Assembly (NCBI GenBank): GCA_963737265.1
Contig: CAVTRY010000012.1
Location: 1-64,000 of the forward strand
Length of the DNA stretch: 64,000 nucleotides
Reading direction: 5' to 3'
From: an uncultured delta proteobacterium
GTDB lineage: Bacteria; Myxococcota_A; Polyangia; Fen-1088
The first letter of the stretch is position 1; each line of letters begins with the position of its first letter. The position numbers and the translations under genes were made by a program. A model generated the notes under the pieces. The model was given only the letters and a program-made list of their open reading frames with translations, ran no database searches and was not told the DNA's origin. Below, in pieces: positions 52,410-63,271 of the stretch.

Positions 52410-55261
52410 TCACTTTGAATCGCTACGGTTGGCCCGGGCAGTCGGGATGGGATTGAGGGACAGAGGGCGAGCCAGCCGCCGATTTGGCGACCGCGCCGCG
52501 ACCACGGGCTGGACGTTCCGTACGTCTCGCGGGCAAGGCGCGATCTTCCCAAACTCCCTCCATACGCGCCAGTTTGTAGAAATGCCCGTCCATCCGGCTA
52601 GTCCTGCCGGCGTCCCGTGCCCGCGGACCTCCCTGTCAGGTATCATGAGTCCCCATCCCCAGTCTGCAGCGCCGCAACGACCAGTATCCAGCGGCGCGGC
52701 GTAGACGTCCTTGTACCGACGAACGTAATGCTGAATTTCCTCAGGAATGCCGCTTGGGTTCAGAAATAGTCCGCGGGCGAATTCGCTTCCGCCGTGTCTA
52801 GTTATACCTGCCTCCACCCGCACCGGATACCACGACCCCTGAAGTGTCGTCCCTTGGATCCATCCTTGTTGCAGCTTGACCTTCGCGTAGATTTCGCCGT
52901 ATCTCGCAAGCGTCACGGTGTCTCGCCAGGACATCAGCGACGTCCCGCTGTAACGACAATCAATACGCTCTTGATCAGTATCATCGAATGAGAACCACTG
53001 CACATGGACGACGGGCTCGGTCGTCAGGCGTCGCTCAACTCGCACAATCACTGGCGCAAAACGAAAACAATCGCCTTTGCGGTTCAGACAGACACTCCTC
53101 CGATTGTCGTGGGTCTCCGGCAACTTTGGTAGGGAGAGCGCCTTGCGTGGCTTGTGTAAATCGAGGGCAACCCGCAGGGACTTGATCTTTGGCGCAAAGG
53201 CCTCCAGTGCCCCAGCCTCAACGCGGGGTCCCCAATTTTCTTTGCTGAAGTCGAATTTGATCTGATCGCACCGCGACTCAAGCTCGCCCGCCGCTGGCAG
53301 TCGCATCCCGACTTTCTGGTAGGAAAAGAGATTATGGGTCGGCGCAATGGCCGCTCGAGCGATCACAATATCACCCAGCAGAATCTCGAGAGCAAGGTAG
53401 CACTGTCCCCTATACTTGAGCGTACCGCGAGCGACCAGATCGACTCGATTGTCACCTTGAGCCCATGGATATTTCCATGGGCCCGGCGGTTCGCCCGGCA
53501 GCAAGCGCTTCGCTGACTGTCTCGCCGGTGGCCTCACCACTGTCGCTTCCGTGACGTCTGCCGACGCGGGTTCACTGTTGGACCTGGTTGTGGTGGAGTC
53601 AGTTGACGGGAGTGGCGGCGCAGGCGTTGGAGGCGGGGGTGGGGACTCATAGGCATTAACCCAAAAACTTGCGATTTCTCCAAGAACGCCCGCATATGCT
53701 CGGGATGGACAACATAGCGAAGGACAGCACCACGGGCGACTGGCCAATGATTGCGGCGCAGCTTCCATCCGGATGGGAGGATCTGGCGGTCGAGATGGGC
53801 GTGGTCTACACGAAGTTTCCGGCGCACATGGGCACGAAGGTGACCGAGGCGGCACATTTGCTGCAGCCGATTCTGTACCAGGTGGCGACGAACTCGTCGC
53901 TGGCCGTGACGGTGGCGATGGCGGCGGCGGCCGGGGTGATCAAGATGTCGGCAGTCGGGCTGCACAAGCGAATGAGAACCATTGGTCCCTACCTGGCGCG
54001 ACTGGTGACGCTGATGACGGATGCCGAGGCTTCGTTCGCAGCGGAGCGATGGGCGGGCTACGACGTGGTGATCGTGGACGGCTCTTCGGTGTCGCGGCCA
54101 GGAGCCGAGGGCACCACGGCTCGCGTTCACTATGCGCTGCGCTTGAGCACGTTGCGGCCTGTGCAAATCGAGGTCACGGATGACAAGGGCGGCGAGACGT
54201 TCAGAAACTTCGATGCCGAGGCGGGACAACTGTGGATGGGCGACCGCGGCTACTCGAACCCGCCTGGCATAGCGGCGATCATGGCGGCGGATGCCGACGT
54301 ACTGGTCCGATACAACCGTGGCTCGCTTCCTCTGTACGGCATGAACGGGCAGCTACTCGACGTTCAGCGAATGCTGGCTCGCCTCAAGCATCCGGGGGTT
54401 GCACGCGAATGGTACGCAGAGGTCCATCCGCAGGGTGGCAAGGCGATCGCTGGCCGGCTGTGCGCGTTGCTCTTGCCGCCCGACAAAGCAGAGGAGGCTC
54501 GGCAGCGCGCGCGACGGGAACAAGGTCCGTCTGTGACTGAGGAAACCCTTGCGGCCGCGCAGTACGTGGTGGTGTTCACGACCGTACCGAGGTCGCGGCT
54601 GACCGCCGCCCTGGTCATGGAACTATACGGCCTCCGCTGGCAAATCGAGCTTCACATCAAGCGGGACAAATCCATCGCAGGGCTCGACCGACTGCCCAAC
54701 TTTCGCAACGACACTGTCTATTCCTGGATTTGCGCCAAGATGCTGCTTACCCAGATCGCCCGCAAACTTGCTACACCCAACGTGGCTATTCCCCCCTGTG
54801 GAGAACTCGACTGGTTCGGCATCCGACGAGCCGCAGAAAGGCGTCAGGGCCGGACTCAGGCGATCAAAGCACCGGGTCGTAGCCGAGCCATGGCGTCTCA
54901 TGACCGTCCTCTGGCAAACCGTATGCGCGGCGCTCACGCCGATCAGCGCCAGTCGGTTTCCCGATTTCTTGCAGGCATTCCTTGACCACCTTCAACTCCA
55001 AGTCCCGCGCAAGCGTCTACGCAGCGCCGTTAAGTTCCAGCAACATCTTGCGGAGGAATTGGGTTAATGCCTATGGGGTGGGGACTGGGGTGGGGACAGG
55101 GGCGGAGGCAGCGATGGTGCCCAGGCGCATCTGGGGCTAGGGAGAAGAGTAACGCGCCCGCCCGAAAGCGCATTCACCAGCCCGCTCACTGCGCAAGAAC
55201 CGAATACTCTAACCAGATCCTCAACCCAGCTCCGGTCGTGTCCTGTGGTCATTTTCGACAT
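52410..55261 (-). pseudogene. Hypothetical Pro-rich protein interrupted by IS4
   Basis: Long ORF 52410-53647 continues beyond the IS in a Pro-rich frame. Start uncertain. Confidence 0.5.
53648..55075 (+). mobile_element. IS4-family element; transposase 53696-54985
   Basis: 17-bp perfect IR CATAGGCATTAACCCAA, 11-bp TSD GGGTGGGGACT, DGS, DRGY, YGLRWQIE...K. Confidence 0.93.
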
Positions 55262-55443
55262 TGCAGTCCCTCCGTGTCAGCGATCTGCCGACATCTGTGT
55301 TGCCATTTTGTTGCCGTGACTATGCAGCCACGCCTGGTACTGAACGGAACACAACGGAACGGCGCGGGACTGCCTCGATGAATGATTTCCGAGGGTTACC
55401 GGCCAAGGTCCCGTCCCGCCTCAGGTTTTCGAAAACCATTCAG

Positions 55444-55468
55444 CGGGGGCAGTACCCGGCGCCTCCAC
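55444..55468 (+). other. tmRNA 3'-end-like remnant (att-like)
   Basis: CGGGGGCAGTACCCGGCGCCTCCAC, preceded by TGTTGCC and GAACGGAAC direct repeats. Confidence 0.5.
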
Positions 55469-55610
55469 AACGCAAGCTCTTGATTTTCCTCGGACTTTTC
55501 GTCGACTGTAGCAAACCCCGTAGCAAAGCAATCGGCTGCCGCGGCTTTGCAGCCCTGCTGCGAACGAAGACATTAGGAACTTCTTGTTCGCAACAGCGAC
55601 GCCATGGAAA

Positions 55611-56198
55611 TCAATGAGGAATTGTCTCGCCAGGAAGAGTGGCTTGCTGCCCAAGACAGCGCTCGCACGAGATCGCACGATTGGCGGCCATGCGAGCTGC
55701 CCGCGCATTGCCCTTCGCCAGCGCCAGTTCGTCGGGCACTTTGGCGCCGGTCCCAAAGAACATCTCGTCAGGCGTCTGCCCGCTGAACGCTGCATGCGGC
55801 ATCGTCGTGTTTTGCTCGTTGACGTAGAATTCTACCATCGCACGAACGCGCGCCACAGAATCCAAGGTATTCAAGAACAACCATTGATTCTTCAGCGAAC
55901 GCCAATAGGCCTCGATGAGCGAATTGGAAAAGGCGACCTCAACCTGGGCGAGGATGCGGTCCAAGCATGCGGTGAGCAGGATGGAATCCACCGCGCCATT
56001 CACGTTCTCGACACCGGAATCGGCATACAGCAGCGGCCGGCCCGCAATTACAAGATGCTTGCCGGCGGCCAGCAACACCTGGCACGTGCTCGATGGGTCG
56101 AAGCGCTCCGCTACCGTCCACGCAAGGATCTTCCGCGAGTAATTGTCCAACACCACGTGGAGATAAGCTTTCGTTCCGTCGAGCAACTTGATGAGCGT
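55611..56198 (-). pseudogene. 3' fragment of an rve integrase-core transposase
   Basis: LDNYSRKILAW, DSGVEN, NSLIEAYWRSLK, GQTPDE. Confidence 0.8.
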
Positions 56199-56388
56199 GG
56201 CCAGCCAGCGCCACCGTGCAAAAGCAAAGGACCAAGATGCCGCCGACCACGGCCACCGACTTGGAACCGCCGATGGCCAGCAGCACGATGCCGATGGCCG
56301 ACATCAGAATGGTCGGAATGAGCGCCGTCAGCGTGAACGTCAGGCGCGCGCGATTGAGAAGCCGGGTGGTGGGTGAGCGAAGCCGCAA
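56199..56388 (-). pseudogene. N-terminal two-TM fragment of a membrane protein (possibly a sensor kinase), truncated
   Basis: Two hydrophobic helices, then a junction into the transposase fragment. Confidence 0.45.
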
Positions 56389-56448
56389 GCAAGGCTATTC
56401 TGGCAGACAATCGCTGAAACTGCCGCGCCGAGGACCAAGAAAAAGCAG

Positions 56449-57780
56449 CTAGCTTCCTTCCGGACCGATGACCGGCGCCACCGGCGGCTCGCTCTCGGTT
56501 CGCCTTTCGCGCAGCAGAAGCACGAGAATTCCCAGGCTGGCGAGGTTGCTGCACGCGACGACCAAGGGACCGATGACGTTGCCCGGTACCTTGAGGGTCA
56601 GACAAGACGAAGCCGCCACGGCGAGGGTCGCAACATAGACGATGTCGCCGGCCAGGATGGTTGGCGTGCGATGTTCGAGGGCCGCCAGCGCCTCGCGGTG
56701 GCAACGCAAGGCCACGGTGATGGGAAACCCCACGAAGAGCAAGGCCGTGGTGCGCACCAAGGGCAGATCCGCGGCGGGAAGCCGCTGCACCGACTGGTAG
56801 TACCACTGGCAAAGTCCCGGCAAAAGGAAGACTAGCGGAACGAACGAAAGTAGCGCACCCACCGCGACAGAGAAGCGAAACGTGCGGTCGTCCTCGCGCG
56901 AGCGCGGGGGAAACGAAATCGCGACGTTCTGCACGGTCTTGGCGGCGTAGGCGGCCGGATTGGCCAGACCCGCGGCCAGGTAGTAGGCGGGCAACATGCG
57001 CTCCGGCTGACCGCCACGGGCGATAACGCCGCCCAAAATCATTCCCGCCGAGGTCATGAGAAACCCGCCGAGCGAGAGCGGCAGCGCGAAGAACATGATG
57101 GTGCGCTTGCTCGGCGCCAAGGCCGCGTCCCCCGCCAGCGCCGCCTCGAACGGCCGGCTGTACCACCACGACATGATCACCTCGATGCCGACGGGAATGG
57201 CCAGGCACACCAAGGCCCAGCGCGGGCCGACCAGCCCCCAGCCGCAGAAAAGCGGCGATAACGCCAAGGTCACGCCGATGCGCGCGAACGTCGCCACGCT
57301 GGCGCGCCCGGAAGCGCCATGGTTGTAAAGCAGTACCTGGTAGGGATTGCGCGCGTAGAACAGCACGTTGAGGGGAATGGTCAGCGGAAAGGCCTGAACC
57401 GCGGCGATTTCGATCGAAGCCGGCAGGCCGAGCAATCGGCCGAACACGAGATGGCCGGCCGCCGGGACGCAGATGACGGCTTGGATGAGCGCCGTGAGGA
57501 AGGAAAACAGGTTGTTGATGGCGATGAAACGCGCGTACCCCGTCCGCGTCCTGGCAAACACCATGCCGGCCGTGACCAGGCCAGCCCCCAGCGTGCCCAC
57601 GAGAAACATCACGATGTTGGCCTGCGCCACGCCCGCCAGGTTCAAAGCCCCACCCCGCCCGTGCGAGGCGACCATGGCGATGAGCGGGTAGCTCAGGCTC
57701 TGCGACGCCGCCTGCAGCGCGAGAGGAATGAAATACGCGGTGAGACTTTGGGCGGACGGAGGTGGCTCGGATTCATGCAT
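56449..57780 (-). CDS. MATE/ANKH-like multi-pass membrane protein
   Basis: About 12 hydrophobic segments in two halves (FIPLAL / FALPLSL). Confidence 0.7.
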   Translation of the reverse strand: MHESEPPPSAQSLTAYFIPLALQAASQSLSYPLIAMVASHGRGGALNLAGVAQANIVMFLVGTLGAGLVTAGMVFARTRTGYARFIAINNLFSFLTALIQAVICVPAAGHLVFGRLLGLPASIEIAAVQAFPLTIPLNVLFYARNPYQVLLYNHGASGRASVATFARIGVTLALSPLFCGWGLVGPRWALVCLAIPVGIEVIMSWWYSRPFEAALAGDAALAPSKRTIMFFALPLSLGGFLMTSAGMILGGVIARGGQPERMLPAYYLAAGLANPAAYAAKTVQNVAISFPPRSREDDRTFRFSVAVGALLSFVPLVFLLPGLCQWYYQSVQRLPAADLPLVRTTALLFVGFPITVALRCHREALAALEHRTPTILAGDIVYVATLAVAASSCLTLKVPGNVIGPLVVACSNLASLGILVLLLRERRTESEPPVAPVIGPEGS

Positions 57781-57821
57781 CGGTACAATAACGAGGTGCC
57801 TGGCACATGGCCGGTGTTCGG

Positions 57822-58301
57822 CTACGGCCGCTCGCCGGCTTGCAGAAGGACTCTTGCGACAAGCTCGTCCGAAAGGAAGAGACCCTCGGCGCGCGCCCGG
57901 TCGATCTCCGGGCCTACCGCCCGTAGGAGTCCCGCCTTCTTGGCTTGAAGCAAGACGTGCATGGTTCCGTGCGCAACCAAGCCCAGAACATCGGCGCATC
58001 GCCTGGCAGAGCGATCGTCGAGAACCGCGACATCCGCGCACTCGAGAACGGCATAGGTCAAGACTTCGCTTTCACCACGACCCAGATCCCAGCTAGCGAC
58101 GATTGCATCGATCGCTTCGACGGTTGCGGTGCGGAAGGACGCGAGACGGCTCGGGGCGATCGGGCGAGGGCCACGAGAAATTTCGGCGAGGACTCCGCCG
58201 GGGACGACCAAGGTGTGGCCAAGGCCGGCCAACAGGTCGAGCTGGTCAAGCCGGTCGAGAATGATGAGCGGCGAAGCGTTGACGACCCAGACCTCAGCCA
58301 T
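57822..58301 (-). CDS. PIN-domain DUF3368 toxin-like protein
   Basis: VVNASPLI, LGRGESE, LDDRSARR, KKAGL. Confidence 0.85.
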   Translation of the reverse strand: MAEVWVVNASPLIILDRLDQLDLLAGLGHTLVVPGGVLAEISRGPRPIAPSRLASFRTATVEAIDAIVASWDLGRGESEVLTYAVLECADVAVLDDRSARRCADVLGLVAHGTMHVLLQAKKAGLLRAVGPEIDRARAEGLFLSDELVARVLLQAGERP

Positions 58302-58548
58302 GCCCCGGCCCCGCGGCGAAATCATCCTCGTCAACCTGAAACGGCGAGACTCGGTAGCGCGAGAGTAGGTCGAGAAACTCAGAGCGGCTGATGCCGAGAA
58401 TTTCCGCGCCCTTGCTTTGCGATACCATGCCCACCTCGTACCACTTGGACACGGCGGCACGCTTCAGTTCCTCGGCGAACTCGGCCGGGCCAGTGCGTAA
58501 TACGGAAAGTGCCCCCTCGGGAAGCACGACGTTGACGGTGACGCTCAT
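58294..58548 (-). CDS. UPF0175 antitoxin-like protein
   Basis: WYEVGMVSQSKGAEILGISRSEF; overlaps the PIN gene. Confidence 0.85.
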   Translation of the reverse strand: MSVTVNVVLPEGALSVLRTGPAEFAEELKRAAVSKWYEVGMVSQSKGAEILGISRSEFLDLLSRYRVSPFQVDEDDFAAGPGHG

Positions 58549-58739
58549 GATCGGAGTCTAGCGCCGATCTCGCGGTTGTGGACGTTCGGTTTGTCGAATC
58601 CCGTGCTGCCCTGAAGCTCATCGCGAAAATCGTGGGCGGGGCGAATTCGCGGACTTGGGAGGCAGATTCAGGCATTATTGTTGCTCCGTGAGACACGCAA
58701 ATGGGACCTGAAATTCTCTTGTCTCCAACGCGAACGGGC

Positions 58740-59086
58740 GTAACCTGTGGTACTTCAAGTCCTCCATGACCCCGGCTCGAAGGAAGGCCCGCACCGAGCG
58801 AGCAACCTTCGTGTCGTTCACGCGTCGACGAATTCGCTCCATCAACGTGTGATGGTCGATGTTGTCGAAGCATGCTTTGATATCGCCTTCGACGGCGTAC
58901 TGGTATGGGAGCCGGCGCTCTTGCGTCGAGCCGGTCGGCCGTGGGCGAAGGAGCATCCGAAGATGCTCGATAGCCGCATGCACCGAACTGCCAGGGCGAA
59001 AGCCATACGAAATCGGAAAGAAATCCGCTTCGTAAATCGGCTCCAGGATGTTCTTCAGGGCTGCTTGTACGACTCGGTCTTCTCAT
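58740..59086 (-). pseudogene. Group II intron RT fragment (domains 2-3)
   Basis: DRVVQAALKNILEPIYEADF..SYGFRPG, EGDIKACFDNIDH; no YADD. Confidence 0.85.
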
Positions 59087-59261
59087 GTTCAAAGTTGAGA
59101 CCCTTGGTGCGGTAGGTGACCGCCTTTACCCCTGGCAGCGCTGACCTCCTGTCGAATCGAGATAGAACGGCGGCACACCCATACGGGTGTACCCAGTTGG
59201 GCCCAGTATACCCACCGGGCTCGGTCTGCATTCTCCCTGATGGGAGTCATTGTTCCATACA

Positions 59262-59740
59262 GAGTCGGAAACATCCTGCGCCGGAGCCGCCATCTGCCTA
59301 TGCAAGTGGCGGTTGCGCAGGTGAATTCCGTCCTGCGGGGTTGGGTGAACTACTTTCGTGTCGGCAACTCGGGGACGGCGTTCGGCAAAATCAAGTACGA
59401 GGTCGAACGCAAGGTGAGGCGACTGGCGGCCAAGAAGTGCAAGCGCGAGGGATTCGGCTGGAAGCGGTGGAGTAGCGCCGTGGTGTACGGAACGTGGGGC
59501 CTCTTTCGAGACTACCGCGTGGTGTACTGGAGCGCGAAAGCATGCCCTGGCTGAACGGACCCATAACCCCGATAGAAGACGCCTTCGCGGTGAGCCGTGA
59601 TGCGGAAAATCCGCCTGTCCGGTTCGATGTGGCGGGGGCCGGAGACGAAGTGATGGAACCCCTAAACGGGCACGAAGCTGGAAACGGCGGACACAGCCAA
59701 GGGGCGTCCTGTACACCACCGCGCCGGTCCCCGACCCGAC
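59262..59740 (+). mobile_element. Group II intron 3' remnant: maturase X domain, DV and DVI
   Basis: LRGWVNYFRVGN. DV GAGCCGTGATGCGGAAAATCCGCCTGTCCGGTTC (59592-59625). DVI ends CCGAC. Confidence 0.85.
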
Positions 59741-59907
59741 TCCACTTGTGATCAGCTACGGAATCGTCCAATGCGTGGTGGCTTGCTGACAGCCGGCCCC
59801 GCACCCAGGGCCGTTGGGTTGGAAGCTGGTATGGGTCGGAGTGACCGACTGATCGAGAACAACGGTTCCGGTGCTGGACGTCAACTACATTCACCCGGTG
59901 ACGTCAA

Positions 59908-60755
59908 TTACATCGCCCCATTGTTGTCGGGGGTAGTTGTCGTTGGTTGATCGGTAGTTGTCGTAGTTGTCGCTGGGGTGGTGACGCCTCTCTTTCGTGC
60001 TTCTTCGCTGCGGTAGCTGGGGCCGGTCATCTCAAGGATGACCGCGTGGTGGACCAGTCGGTCGATGGCGGCGGCGGTGGTCATGGGATCCTTGAAAATG
60101 CGGATCCAATCGCTGAAGACCAGGTTGCTGGTGATGAGGACGCTCTTGCGTTCGTACCGCTCGGCCAGGAAGGTGAAAAGGACCTCCATTTCATCGCGGC
60201 TCTGCTGGACGTAGCCGATGTCGTCGAGGATCACGGCGTGATAGATGTCGAGCGCGGCCAGTTCTCGTTCCAGGCGAAGGTCGCGCTTGGCGGCCAGCAG
60301 CCCTGGACAAGCGCGAAGGTCGGCGTGAAGAGGACCCGGTAGCCGCGCCGGATGAGTTCGTGGCCGATGGCAGCCACAACGTGACTTTTGCCTCGGCCGG
60401 GCAGTCCGAAGACGAGCAGGTTCTCCCCACGTTCGACAAAGCCACCCTCACACAGGCTCGCCATCTGCTTCATCACCTTGGGTGACAGCCGACCACGTTC
60501 CAGGGTGGCCAGGGTTTTCTCCGTGGGAAGGTCCGAATCGCGAAGCGCGCGATCGATGCGACGGGTTCGGCGCTCTTCGATTTCCAGTTCGGCCAGGTGC
60601 TGGAGGTATTGGCTGAAGGTCCACCCCTCGCGGCTGGCCTTGATCGCGATCTCCTCGGCGTGCCGGGTGAAGGCAGGCAGCTTGAGCGCGCGCAGAAGCA
60701 CCAGCAGAGCGTCGAGCGCGCTCGGCTTGACCGTGTCTACGGAGACGTTGGTCAT
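59908..60755 (-). pseudogene. istB: IstB ATPase with a 1-bp frameshift near 60302
   Basis: GLPGRGKS in one frame; ILDDIGY, ITSN and IDRLVHH in another. Confidence 0.85.
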
Positions 60756-62251
60756 GATGCCACCTGTTCGAGGAGCAGGTCGTAGGACGCGAGATCGACC
60801 AGCGGTGCTTCGAGCGCGGGGACGCTCGGTGGATAGGTACTGTCCGTCGCCTGTGTGCATCTCTTCTTGGTTGCATCCGCCGTCAAGATGGTCCCATCGG
60901 CAAGCAGAGTCGTGAGCGCTTGCTCGACATCGGCTTCCATCGTGCTGGCGGCCAGGTGAAGAATGCGCAGGTATTCAACGTCGCCTTTGATTCCAGGCTT
61001 GGTCGCCTGGATCGCGTCGTATGCCCGCCTGAAAGTCACGCTTGGAAACAGCTCTTCTCGGTAGACGTAGCGAGAAAACGCGCCCGGCTTGCGCACCAAA
61101 GACCAGATGACGTGCCGGTAGTCGATGCGCGCGGTCTTGCCTCGCAGCCTGTCGCAGGCCAATTCCAAGTTGTCGGCGTAGTACACCTCGATTCGGTGCT
61201 CGAACACGCGGACTCTCACCCGTGCGCCGATCAGCCTCGACGGCACCGAGTAGGCGCACGACTTGACCCGGATGGTGCTCGTCGACGCCACAGGTGCCGT
61301 CATTTCTGCGTACTCCGGCAAACGCTCCACCACCAGCGGCCGCATGGCTTCGATCTCCTCGGCGACGCGCGGGCCTCGCGAAGCGTTGGCTTTGCGGACC
61401 ACCTTGGCTACGAAGCGTTCGTAGTCGTCTTGGTCCGCGAAGTCGCGGCTGCCACGCACCAGCAGCGCTTGTTCAAGCCGACGCTTGAGCGCGCCGTTGC
61501 TGGCCTCCACATCGCCGTTTTGTTCCTTGGCCCCGACGGCTGTAGTTCGTGGCTCCATTCCGAGGTGCCGCATGACCGCCTTGTATTCATCGTTGAAAGT
61601 GCGATCTTCCGCATCGCGAGCGATCTGATGTGTCGCCGCCGTCGAGTGGTCGGTTTGGTGGTATCGCGGCACCCGCCCAAGCTGGAACAGCGCCGACTGG
61701 ATCCCTCGCCGAAGCGCTGCCAGAGACTCCGACAGACACGCGGTCGCCCATTGCCAGTTCGAGTACGGCAGCACCGTCACGCACAAAAGGTGCACAAATA
61801 GCTGGCCCACGATCGTCACACCAAGCTCCGCCGTCGACGTGAAGTCGGTTTGCGCGGCTTCACCGGGCCGATGCGCCTGCGTGAACCAAATCTCACGCGC
61901 AGGACCATGCTCGGCCCGCCAGCGACGGATTCGCCGCTGCATTGTCCGAAGATGGCTCTCGTTGTACCGCCCTGGCTGCTTCGCCTCCAGCAGCTCCAGC
62001 ACCGTCTGAGCCTCCAGCCCAGGCGTTTCCTCCAGCAACTTGGCCACGGCTGGCCAGTCCTCGGCGAACGCGTCAGGGCGCGTCCGCCACCACCGCGGCT
62101 GCCGTAGCTCCGACGGTAGCTTGCCCGCGGCGATGTATCGCCGCCCTGTCTTCCGGTCCATGCCCGCCTTCATGGCGGCCTGGCCTACTTTTCCAATCTT
62201 GCTCATCTCTTCCATCAAACGCCTCACTTGGGCGTCGGTGACCGGCTTCAA
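60752..62251 (-). CDS. istA: IS21 transposase
   Basis: PGEAAQTDF, NGDVE, YSVPSRLIG. Confidence 0.93.
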   Translation of the reverse strand: MKPVTDAQVRRLMEEMSKIGKVGQAAMKAGMDRKTGRRYIAAGKLPSELRQPRWWRTRPDAFAEDWPAVAKLLEETPGLEAQTVLELLEAKQPGRYNESHLRTMQRRIRRWRAEHGPAREIWFTQAHRPGEAAQTDFTSTAELGVTIVGQLFVHLLCVTVLPYSNWQWATACLSESLAALRRGIQSALFQLGRVPRYHQTDHSTAATHQIARDAEDRTFNDEYKAVMRHLGMEPRTTAVGAKEQNGDVEASNGALKRRLEQALLVRGSRDFADQDDYERFVAKVVRKANASRGPRVAEEIEAMRPLVVERLPEYAEMTAPVASTSTIRVKSCAYSVPSRLIGARVRVRVFEHRIEVYYADNLELACDRLRGKTARIDYRHVIWSLVRKPGAFSRYVYREELFPSVTFRRAYDAIQATKPGIKGDVEYLRILHLAASTMEADVEQALTTLLADGTILTADATKKRCTQATDSTYPPSVPALEAPLVDLASYDLLLEQVAS

Positions 62252-63271
62252 AGGTGCCTCCTGCCCGCTTGCGGGCTTGGAGGTCTACCTCACGGTCACC
62301 GTCGCGCCTCAAAGCGGGGCGACGTAGCTGTCGTCTTTGGGGAGATGTAATTGTCGCTCAGCATCGGGCTCTAGTCGACCGTGATGGCCCGGCGACAGCT
62401 TTTAGTTTAGAAGCGGCGGCAATTTCGGCCTGCTGCTCAAGGGTAACCCGGCCTTTCCCGTATTATTCGGCGCTGCCAAGCTGGCCTTCAACGCTTTCCG
62501 CGGGCCACGGCCAAGATGGCGGTGGCAAAAACGAAGGCATAGCCAACAGGAAACGGGGCTGCTACTTCTGGAACCCGACAGTACCCGTCGTTATCGCGCT
62601 CTGCGTTTGCGGGGTCCAGGTCATCCTGTTTCCGGAGAAGCAGTAATCGCATGAGTTCGTATCGTCGATGGTGATCACGTTATTCGCGGTGGCGAAATTC
62701 CCACTTGTCGACGCGTCACTGGATACGAACCCAAGCGAGCCAATCGCCGGCACCTGTCAAATCCCGTCAGGGAACGACTGTCAATAACGCGCGTCCCTCG
62801 TGACAGAGCGCCGGGAGCTGCCCTCCAAGATCGCCGCTCTTTCTAACGAAGGGAAACGGCTGGTCGAGGCGGTCAGCAACGTCAAGGGCGCCGGCCAGCG
62901 GCTGCGGCGAAGGCGTCGAGGTCCTTGTGCCTCGATGCAGGCCTGTCGCAAGAACTTGCCTTTGTTCGCGCGAAACCGACGCGTGAACCATAGCGACGAT
63001 TTTCGGGACACCACAGGTTGTGACCGCTCAAGACGTGTCCATAAATGGACCCGTCTTGAAGATTTTTGAAGGGAGGGCCGCTGCCAGGGCCATCGCATCA
63101 TCCTACATCGACGCAGGATCCATCAGAGTCTCGGCCATTTCTGGAAGGTTTTCCCCTGGGGTCGGTGCGCGCGCCGGTGTGCAGGCAGGTTCGGCAGCGC
63201 GCACGGGCGCGGAGACCGGCATAACTATCGGCATCTCCGCAAGATCACTTACAATTTAGATGCGTTGGCCC

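Larger units (their letters stand above)
59872..62363 (-). mobile_element. IS21-family element
   Basis: Ends TGCTGAGCGACAATTACATC / TGCTGGACGTCAACTACATT with internal repeats. No TSD seen. Confidence 0.9.

Noticed and set aside
60295-60310. Programmed frameshift in istB (and in sufT near 29712)
   Set aside because: Single-base losses without a slippery heptamer; mutation or sequencing error is more likely.
62364-63271. Short ORFs between IS21 and IS3
   Set aside because: They look like fragments, and no family could be supported.
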